Origin: an uncultured bacterium
Lineage (GTDB): Bacteria > Fermentibacterota > Fermentibacteria > Fermentibacterales > Fermentibacteraceae
DNA length: 64,000 nucleotides
Assembly: GCA_964569245.1 (NCBI GenBank)
Contig: CAZMTK010000005.1
Span: forward strand, 4,231 to 68,230
Reading direction: 5' to 3'
The notes below the pieces were generated by a model. The model saw nothing but the letters and a program-made list of their open reading frames with translations. It ran no database searches and had not been told where the DNA came from. The number at the start of each line of letters is the position of its first letter. The first letter of the stretch is position 1. Positions 57,143 through 64,000 of the stretch are shown here, one piece after another. The position numbers and the translations under genes are program-made.

Positions 57143-58870
57143 GTGTTGAAGCAGGCCGGGGGGAAGCCAGTGCCGAGAGGCAGTTCGTTGTTCGGCATTC
57201 TCGACAGGATCATAGGCGGCGTAGCAGTCGCGGCGGTAGTGTCCCTGCTGGTCGAGCGTGCAGGCGTCTCCGCAGAGATCTCAGCCACACTGGCTGTCAT
57301 CAACATCCTGATTCTGTCTCTATTCCTCCTGGATACTCTGGCTCGGGCTCTCCTGGCGCGAGACATCCCGGCACACCTCCGGCGGAACTGGCTCGACCTC
57401 GTCGTGCTGGTTCCCCTGATAGGAGTCTTCTTCAGCAGTGAGAGCAGTCCGACCGACGTCATCATGAGGCAGATAGTCATCGTGGCGATGCTTGTCTCCA
57501 GGGCACGCAAGAGCCAGCGCTTCATCAGGACCCTCGGATTGAAGCCCACACAGCTCATGCTCACCAGCTTCCTCCTGGTCATCTGCCTGGGTGCGATACT
57601 CCTGTCCCTTCCGATATCCAGCTCGAGTGGTACTTCCACCCCTCTTCTCGACGCCCTCTTCACTGCCACATCCGCCACATGCGTCACGGGATTGATAGTG
57701 AGGGATACCGCCGTCTACTTCAGCAGGTTCGGCCAGCTCGTCATCCTGGCCCTCATCCAGCTCGGCGGTCTAGGGATCATGACCTTCTCGGTCTTCCTCG
57801 TCCTGCTGGGGCGAAAGCAGATAGGCATGTCGGAGCGCATCGTCATGCGAGACGTACTCGACCAGGACATGCTGAGAGGGGCCGCGAAGATGGTGATCTT
57901 CATCTTCACGATGACGGTGTCGATCGAGTTTCTCGGAGCTCTCGGACTGTTCATCAGCTGGAGCGGTCGATCGGGCAGTCCGGGCGAGACCGCCTACCAT
58001 GCCGTATTCCATTCGGTTTCCGCCTTCTGTAACGCCGGCTTCTCGACCTTCAGCAACAGCCTGATGGGATTCTCGGGCGACACTGCGACGGTGGTGATCA
58101 TCTGCACCCTGATAGTCCTGGGAGGCCTGGGATTCGTAACGGTCAGGAACGTCATCGACACTGCGGCGTCCCGCCTGAGGGGGGACAGGATAGCCACGAT
58201 CCACCTGAGGGTACAGTCGAGGATCGTGATCATCGTCAGCCTGATCCTGGTGTTGGTCGGAGCGCTCGCATTCGCGGCATTCGAAACCGGGTCGGAAGCT
58301 GTCGGGGGCGACCTCAAGACGAACGTTCTGGCTGCCGTCTTCCAGTCCGTGACAACAAGGACGGCCGGGTTCAATACCGTGGACATCGGTAGACTGATGC
58401 CGTCGACCCTGTTCGTGATGATCATCCTGATGTTCATCGGAGCATCGCCCGGATCGACCGGTGGCGGGCTGAAGACTACGACCTTCGCAGTCCTGTGGGG
58501 CGCGATGACCACGGAGTTCTCGGATCGGAGAACAGTCGAGATCTACAGGAGGACCATCCCTCCCGACACGATCCAGAAAGCACTGACAGTCCTCCTGTTC
58601 TATCTCGTGATCATCTCCTTCGCAGTCATCGCCCTACTGGCCCTCGAGCCGCTCCCTCTCATAGATATCCTCTTCGAGGCCGTGAGCGCTGCAGGCACGG
58701 TCGGGCTGTCGACCGGGATAACTTCCGCACTCTCACCGGCGTCAAGGGCGATAATCATATTCCTGATGTTCTTCGGGAGGCTCGGGCCTCTGACTCTCGG
58801 GTATGCGCTGATACTGTCGAACAAGAAGCGGGGCATCTATTATGCCGAGGAACGGGTCACGATCGGCTAG
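57143..58870 (+). CDS. trkH: TrkH/KtrB-family cation transporter with ~100-aa N-terminal membrane extension
   Basis: Repeated pore-loop motifs ('TATSATCVTG', 'SAFCNAGFS', 'TTRTAGFNT', 'SAAGTVGLSTG'); 575 aa against ~480 typical. Confidence 0.75.
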   Translation: MLKQAGGKPVPRGSSLFGILDRIIGGVAVAAVVSLLVERAGVSAEISATLAVINILILSLFLLDTLARALLARDIPAHLRRNWLDLVVLVPLIGVFFSSESSPTDVIMRQIVIVAMLVSRARKSQRFIRTLGLKPTQLMLTSFLLVICLGAILLSLPISSSSGTSTPLLDALFTATSATCVTGLIVRDTAVYFSRFGQLVILALIQLGGLGIMTFSVFLVLLGRKQIGMSERIVMRDVLDQDMLRGAAKMVIFIFTMTVSIEFLGALGLFISWSGRSGSPGETAYHAVFHSVSAFCNAGFSTFSNSLMGFSGDTATVVIICTLIVLGGLGFVTVRNVIDTAASRLRGDRIATIHLRVQSRIVIIVSLILVLVGALAFAAFETGSEAVGGDLKTNVLAAVFQSVTTRTAGFNTVDIGRLMPSTLFVMIILMFIGASPGSTGGGLKTTTFAVLWGAMTTEFSDRRTVEIYRRTIPPDTIQKALTVLLFYLVIISFAVIALLALEPLPLIDILFEAVSAAGTVGLSTGITSALSPASRAIIIFLMFFGRLGPLTLGYALILSNKKRGIYYAEERVTIG

Positions 58871-58885
58871 GGGATCACCGGGGGT

Positions 58886-59578
58886 GTGCCGATGCGGAGC
58901 ATAGCCGTCATTGGCCTCGGGAACTACGGCAGCACAGTGGCTCGGGAGCTGACCGAGCGGGGCGTCCAGGTTATTGCGATAGATCAGGACAGAGACCGGG
59001 TGGAGGCGGTCAAGGAGAATGTGGCATTCGCGGTATCGCTCGATTCCACAGATAGAACTGCCTTGCAGTCTGCTTCAGTCGATCATGTGGACGTGGCGGT
59101 TGTATGCATCGGTGATAACGTCGAAGCAAGCCTGCTTACGACGCTCCAGCTCAAGAAGCTGGGCATCCGCAAAATCTGGGCGCGGGCGATAAACCCTCTC
59201 CAGCACGAGATTCTGGCCGCGCTGGGGGTCGACGAGATCATCGACCTGGAGGAGCAGATGGGCAGGTCGACCGCCCGCAGCCTTGCATCAGTCAATGTCA
59301 GCCGACACATCCCGTTGTCTCCGGGGCACAGTATCGCCGAAGTCAGGATCCCGCACAGCTTCCTGCAGAAGACGCTCAGGCAGATCAACCCGCGCGACCG
59401 TTTCAATGTGAACATCGTGGGGATCAAGACATTCGTCCCGGTCATCAGCGATTCAGGAGACAGGACGTTCGAGGAGACTTTCGACGAGGTTCCGTCCCCG
59501 GATACGGAGCTCACCGAGGACATCGTCTTCCTCGTCGCCGGAAGCGACAAGAACATCGAGAGATTCGCAAAGGGATAG
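58886..59578 (+). CDS. trkA: TrkA/KtrA-type RCK regulatory subunit (NAD-binding)
   Basis: 'IAVIGLGNYGSTVAREL' Rossmann motif; RCK_N and RCK_C layout. Confidence 0.8.
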   Translation: MPMRSIAVIGLGNYGSTVARELTERGVQVIAIDQDRDRVEAVKENVAFAVSLDSTDRTALQSASVDHVDVAVVCIGDNVEASLLTTLQLKKLGIRKIWARAINPLQHEILAALGVDEIIDLEEQMGRSTARSLASVNVSRHIPLSPGHSIAEVRIPHSFLQKTLRQINPRDRFNVNIVGIKTFVPVISDSGDRTFEETFDEVPSPDTELTEDIVFLVAGSDKNIERFAKG

Positions 59579-59590
59579 CGGAGGCCTGCC

Positions 59591-60343
59591 TTGAAGCCTG
59601 TTCTGCGGGTGTCACTGGTCTGGGTGCTGGTCCTGGCGGTTGTTTCCCTGGGAGGGACATTCGTCCTGGCCGGAGAAGCGGGCAGAGGAGTCACCATGCA
59701 CCTCCTGCTGGGCTTCTCTCTGCTCGCCTGGATCTTCCTGTCGATGAGAGCGCTGAGCCTCTTCACGAGAACGAGAGGTTTCCTGGACCACATCCTGAGA
59801 AACGACTACGAAACGGGCATGAAGGAGGATTCCTGGCTGCACGACGAAGTCCGACAGATCGGTCGCCTCGGCAACAGGGCCTCTGAGCAGCTAAGGATCT
59901 ACGACCGGACCTGTTCGGAGCGTATCAAGCTCCTCAACAGACAGATCGAGATCCTCCTCCGATCCTGCTCGGACTGCGTCATGATCGCGGACATGGATCG
60001 AATGAGCTTCCACATCAATCCGGCGCTGGCCGCGATGTATGGCATCGCCCATCAGAGCTTCTCCTTCGAATCCGTACAGAATCAGGATGGCAACGAGAAG
60101 TTCTTCAGAGCCTTTCTGATGTCCACTCTGCGCGACGAGGTGCCTCTTAGAGGCGAGGCCTCGCTGCAGTTCCCCGCACGGGAGAGCAGGCGTGACGTGT
60201 CTTTCGACATAATCCCGATCAAGGACAGTTCGGAAAAGACATCGCTTGCCCTGATACTGGTGAGTCCGGTCGATGCGCAGAGCGCCGGAGATCGGGATGC
60301 CCCCCTGGATGAGGCAGGGCGTCCCGCGGGGGACGACACGTGA
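59591..60343 (+). CDS. Membrane-anchored PAS-like sensor protein without output domain
   Basis: Two N-terminal TM helices followed by a PAS-like 'VMIADMDRMSFHINPALAAMYG' region; GTGA overlap with the next gene. Confidence 0.45.
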   Translation: MKPVLRVSLVWVLVLAVVSLGGTFVLAGEAGRGVTMHLLLGFSLLAWIFLSMRALSLFTRTRGFLDHILRNDYETGMKEDSWLHDEVRQIGRLGNRASEQLRIYDRTCSERIKLLNRQIEILLRSCSDCVMIADMDRMSFHINPALAAMYGIAHQSFSFESVQNQDGNEKFFRAFLMSTLRDEVPLRGEASLQFPARESRRDVSFDIIPIKDSSEKTSLALILVSPVDAQSAGDRDAPLDEAGRPAGDDT

Positions 60344-61824
60344 GTACGGCTCTCTGCCTTCTGCTGATCTGGCTCTTGTCCACGGGGCCGGTCGGGGTCT
60401 CTACGTCGATCGGCGGCCCCGGAATCGACGTGACCGGGGAGATCCTGGTGCCGAACGGACCGGGCTTCGCTGCGCTGCTCTTCGTTAGTGACTGGGATAT
60501 CTCCTTCGGAGATCCATGGCTAGCTGGATTGGATTCCTCGGCATCGGTGACCGCGGCAGACCGCCTGTGTGAAGACCTCCGGGTCTCGAGAGACCTGGAG
60601 ACGGCGGGACCGGTGGTTCTGCTCCCGGACGGCTCCATCCTGGTCGCGGCCTTCGGCGAGCCGAGGGCCACGGGAAGGGATGCCGACGCCTGCGTCATGA
60701 AGATCCGGCCCGACGGCGGCAGGGACTGGGCCGCAGTCCTCGGGAGGGAAGACGAGGAGGTCTACAGGATTGCCGGTCTCGGCCTTTTCGGTGACGGGGC
60801 CTTCCTGGTGGCCGGCACATCCGGGTGCGGCGCAGTCAAGCCTTTCTGCAGGATCTACTCGGGCTCCGGCCTGTACTGTTCCGAGGTTGCGTTTCCGGAC
60901 ACGCTGGCACCTGTCGCCGCCGCCGGAACACCCGAGGGTTCGGTCGTCGTGGCTGCCATGAGCAGCCCGGGGACATTTGTCCTGATGTGGATAGACCGGC
61001 AGGGGCGGATGGTCCGCCTGGCCGGCCTGGATCAGGCCGCGGCGCAGTCCCCCGATGCGATGGTCGAGACGATGAGCGTCGGCTGCAGCGGAAGGATCTA
61101 CCTCTGCGGGAGCAGCTATCCGAATCCATGGATCTGCTGTCTCGCCCCCAATGGTGGCTACCTCTGGTCGGCGATCTGGGATGGGGAGGGCAGGATCACC
61201 GATATCGAGGAGACCGGCCGGGGAGGCGTTGCGTGCTGCGGCTGCACCGGCCTGGGGAACTCCAGGATGAGCGCCGTCCTGACGCTCTATTCCCGGGATG
61301 GCTCCCTCCTCTGGAGGCGACTCTACGAGGACGGCGAGTATTCCTCGTTCGAGAACATGACTGTACTCGAAGACGGAGGCTTCCTCCTTGCTGGATCCTG
61401 CGATCTCTCTGGATCCGACGATGTCGGGTCGGAGGCCTTCCTCGTCTCCACCGGACCCGACGGACTGCCGGACCTCGAGCAGCCCGGAGACGGCCCGGCC
61501 GGGAGGGGTGGAACGCGCTTCCAGAGCCTCTTCCAACCGTCCGGCACGATCGTGGCCTGCGGGGTCTACGACTCCCCCGAGGAGGCTTGCGAATCCGCGG
61601 CTCACGCTGCGGACGCGGCAGACCTCGAGCCCGGGGTCCTGTGGATCCCGGACTACCCCTCGCTCTCGGGCTCCGAGGGCTGGCTTGCCTACCTGGTTCC
61701 CGAGACAGTCGACGGGAACGGATGGACCGAGCTCTGCACCGTGCTGCAGTCCGGCTGGCCCGACGCGTATCTTGTCTGGGTCGGATACGGGATGGACAAC
61801 AGCAGAAGGGCTCTGCTTCCCTGA
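60340..61824 (+). CDS. Secreted PQQ-like beta-propeller repeat protein, Cys-rich
   Basis: Signal peptide; a recurring 'G-x-[LI]-x-A-x-D...G-x-x-x-W' propeller-like periodicity; many Cys (CCLAPNGG, VACCGCTG); 494 aa. Confidence 0.45.
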   Translation: MSTALCLLLIWLLSTGPVGVSTSIGGPGIDVTGEILVPNGPGFAALLFVSDWDISFGDPWLAGLDSSASVTAADRLCEDLRVSRDLETAGPVVLLPDGSILVAAFGEPRATGRDADACVMKIRPDGGRDWAAVLGREDEEVYRIAGLGLFGDGAFLVAGTSGCGAVKPFCRIYSGSGLYCSEVAFPDTLAPVAAAGTPEGSVVVAAMSSPGTFVLMWIDRQGRMVRLAGLDQAAAQSPDAMVETMSVGCSGRIYLCGSSYPNPWICCLAPNGGYLWSAIWDGEGRITDIEETGRGGVACCGCTGLGNSRMSAVLTLYSRDGSLLWRRLYEDGEYSSFENMTVLEDGGFLLAGSCDLSGSDDVGSEAFLVSTGPDGLPDLEQPGDGPAGRGGTRFQSLFQPSGTIVACGVYDSPEEACESAAHAADAADLEPGVLWIPDYPSLSGSEGWLAYLVPETVDGNGWTELCTVLQSGWPDAYLVWVGYGMDNSRRALLP

Positions 61825-61846
61825 ACGCACTGAATGGAGGAATGGA

Positions 61847-62821
61847 GTGAAGATAGACATCGACACGCTCGAGAAGCAGAAGGACATGGCCGGCAGGCAT
61901 GGCGGCGCAGTCATGTCCCTTCTGGGGCTGGGCGGCGCCCTGGATGACCTGCCGCTGTTCCATCTCGAAAGAGGGCTGCTGGGGGGGAGCGGAGAGGTCT
62001 TCGGACAGGACAGGCATGTCAAGTTCAAGAGCGACAAGGGTTTCTCTAAACTCAAGGATTCACGCACTGTCGAGTACGGAAGCATCACGGACCTGGAGCA
62101 TGTAGGTGCTGCCAGCTGGCAGAGATGGGTGTTCCGCAGCCCTTCCGGCCCGATCGAACTGACCCTCGTCTGCTACGGCTCACACAACGGGATCGACCCG
62201 GGCGAGCACATCTGGTACGATGTCGACACCTTCCCTGCGCGCTCCGGTGCATTCTACAGGACAATCGGGGCGATACTCGGCAGGACCCCGCTCCATTCGA
62301 GCTTCGAGGATCCCGCCGGAGTACGATCGAAGATAGAGGATGCAGTATCCGCGTTCGAGTCGTCGGACAGGCTGTCCTCCGGCTCCATATCGCAGCCGGA
62401 CGTCTATGCACCCTGGACCGCCCTTTACAACTCCTTCTGCACCTTCCTGGGGGGGGCGGCCTCTGCAGGGACATCGAGCATCGAGGCATGGACCGACCTG
62501 TTCCTGAGACTCGATGCCTTCTACGGCAGGATAGTCAGGAGATTCAGGACCGAGATCGAGAACCTCGGTGGAGCAGGACTGCTCGGCAGGGAATCTGCGA
62601 TACTGAGCCTCAGCGACCAGTTCGACAGGCTGTCCGCGATCTGGTACCTGAGGCAGATTCTGCGGCTCCACCTTGCCGAGAAGCACCTCCCGGAGGACAG
62701 GATCCGCCACTGGACGCTGAAGCTCCTGAAGCCCAGGGCCAGGAGATACTCGAACGAGCTGAAGATACAGCTTCCCGCACCCTCGGAGTTCGACGAGCAG
62801 CTTGCAGAGCTCGAGAGGTGA
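61847..62821 (+). CDS. Hypothetical protein
   Basis: GTG start with GGAGG 6 nt upstream; 324 aa; no signal peptide; no recognised motif. Confidence 0.4.
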   Translation: MKIDIDTLEKQKDMAGRHGGAVMSLLGLGGALDDLPLFHLERGLLGGSGEVFGQDRHVKFKSDKGFSKLKDSRTVEYGSITDLEHVGAASWQRWVFRSPSGPIELTLVCYGSHNGIDPGEHIWYDVDTFPARSGAFYRTIGAILGRTPLHSSFEDPAGVRSKIEDAVSAFESSDRLSSGSISQPDVYAPWTALYNSFCTFLGGAASAGTSSIEAWTDLFLRLDAFYGRIVRRFRTEIENLGGAGLLGRESAILSLSDQFDRLSAIWYLRQILRLHLAEKHLPEDRIRHWTLKLLKPRARRYSNELKIQLPAPSEFDEQLAELER

Positions 62822-62836
62822 GCCGGCCCCGACCTC

Positions 62837-63700
62837 TCAGTAGCGGGGGAGAGATGCGGCAGCCCGGATGGCCGAATCGGCGAGGGTAGTCTCCCCAGCT
62901 TCCGAGGCTACGCATGCCAGGTGCTCGAGGATGTCGAGGAGATCCCTGTCATCGAGCCACAGGCTGACAGGGCTGCCATGCTCCTCGAATCCTGCCGCGT
63001 CGAGGAACCACAGCGAGTCAAGTCCGCACTGCTCGTAAGCATCACCCGCACAGGTGTAGGCGTCCACGGCTCCCTGGAAGTCCCCTGCCGATGCCAGCCG
63101 TTCCGCCTCGCACCTGGAGGCGCGAAGGAACCTGACGGCCATCTCCCCGCCGTTGTAATACCAGTCGGGGTACAGGACTCCGGAGATCGAGAGCGAGGCC
63201 TCCTCCACCCGACCGGCGTCGAGAAGCTCCAGGGTCTCCTCGAGGGCGTCCTCAGACGGGTCCTCCCTGTACTCGTCCACCAGCTCGAATCCTCCCCCGC
63301 GCTCCTCCCAGACTGCGTAGAATGTCAGCATGTGGAAAGGCACCTGGGAGGCAAGGACCAGTCGCATGGAGTCCGGCTCCCACCAGGCCCACGCCTTCGC
63401 ATCGTTGAACGGCCCTGTGAACTGGAGGGTATCCAGCACTATCCAGCCGTATCCGGAGTCGAAGGCTGCCAGGAGTTCTGTGACATCGGTCGCCCGCACC
63501 GGCACGAGGTCCAGTCCGGCGGCGCCGGGGGGGAGCAGACTGTCCGGGTACGATTCCACCGGTATCGCGAGCCGGTCGTCGCCTTGATCGAGCCTTGCCT
63601 TCTGGATCTCTCCGCCGGCCGGTACGGGGCCTGCGGCGAAGGATACGATTGCCGCCCATGTCAGGAGCATCAGGGGGACCCCCGTCTGTTCGCGATGCAC
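62837..63700 (-). CDS. Hypothetical secreted acidic protein
   Basis: N-terminal hydrophobic signal (MLLTWAAIVSFAAG); 287 aa; convergent with the preceding gene. Confidence 0.4.
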   Translation of the reverse strand: MHREQTGVPLMLLTWAAIVSFAAGPVPAGGEIQKARLDQGDDRLAIPVESYPDSLLPPGAAGLDLVPVRATDVTELLAAFDSGYGWIVLDTLQFTGPFNDAKAWAWWEPDSMRLVLASQVPFHMLTFYAVWEERGGGFELVDEYREDPSEDALEETLELLDAGRVEEASLSISGVLYPDWYYNGGEMAVRFLRASRCEAERLASAGDFQGAVDAYTCAGDAYEQCGLDSLWFLDAAGFEEHGSPVSLWLDDRDLLDILEHLACVASEAGETTLADSAIRAAASLPRY

Positions 63701-63791
63701 TCGCAGGGAATGTGGCCCTGCCTGACGGGACAGGCACTCTCAGCAGGCGGGGCCCGCGTCACCGCGGGCCCCGCACGGAAGGGCCGGAGAG

Positions 63792-64000
63792 CTATAGCTT
63801 CGTTACGGACAGGCTGGCCATGGCCCCTGTGGGATCGGTCACCCTGGCAACGTAAATGCCTGAGGGGATGCCCGCTCCGCTCAGGTTGAAGATCTCCTGG
63901 AACGGCGCTTCGATGATTCTGCGACCGGAGAGGTCGAAGAGCTCCAGCGTCGCGCCGGGAGAGAACCCCGTCCCGACCAGCGTGGTCATCCCGCCGAACG
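63792..64000 (-). CDS. 3' end (T9SS C-terminal sorting domain) of a gene extending beyond the window
   Basis: '...ATLELFDLSGRRIIEAPFQEIFNLSGAGIPSGIYVARVTDPTGAMASLSVTKL' is a close paralogue of the CTD at 53300..53471; the frame is open to the window edge. Confidence 0.6.
   Translation of the reverse strand, partial: FGGMTTLVGTGFSPGATLELFDLSGRRIIEAPFQEIFNLSGAGIPSGIYVARVTDPTGAMASLSVTKL

Noticed and set aside
1-64000. CRISPR arrays, tRNA or rRNA genes, transposases or integrases
   Set aside because: No regularly spaced direct repeats, no T-loop (GGTTCGAATCC-like) signatures, and no transposase, integrase or recombinase-like ORFs were seen. The window looks like core chromosome plus secretome genes.

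Overview
High-GC (~65%) bacterial chromosomal window, densely coded, with long runs of minus-strand genes joined by 1-4 nt overlapping stop/start junctions. Several proteins carry type IX secretion (T9SS) C-terminal sorting domains, which points to an FCB-group-like organism. In order, the window contains:
- an ECF cobalt/nickel transporter (cbiM with PDGLE extension, cbiQ, cbiO) next to a HydG/ThiH-family radical SAM enzyme;
- a translationally coupled cysC-MFS-GT4 operon;
- purC and a CPA2 antiporter;
- parE/parC-like type IIA topoisomerase genes;
- a glycoconjugate cluster (Wzx flippase, internally deleted PseA/WbuX-like remnant, GT39/ArnT-like transferase, acyl-CoA ligase, PEGA-FGE-like enzyme, B12-binding radical SAM, CPBP protease);
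- a glycolytic block (pfk-gap-pgk-tpiA) preceded by DAHP synthase and an ANL ligase with an unusual helical tail;
- ruvX-mltG and an SPFH protein with three zinc ribbons;
- many secreted or T9SS proteins (M28 and M1 peptidases, a BNR-repeat protein, an FG-GAP propeller, a PQQ-like propeller);
- an ion-transport block (voltage-sensor channel with an atypical filter, msrB-msrA, trkH, trkA);
- several hypothetical sensor, secreted and membrane proteins.
The most unusual observation is that at least two, possibly four, genes that look like secreted-protein genes are interrupted by a single in-frame stop codon. Two T9SS cargo genes are each split by TGA in the identical context GGT-TGA-GGC-G. TGA is otherwise a genuine stop throughout the window.
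No rRNA, tRNA, CRISPR array or obvious mobile element was seen.
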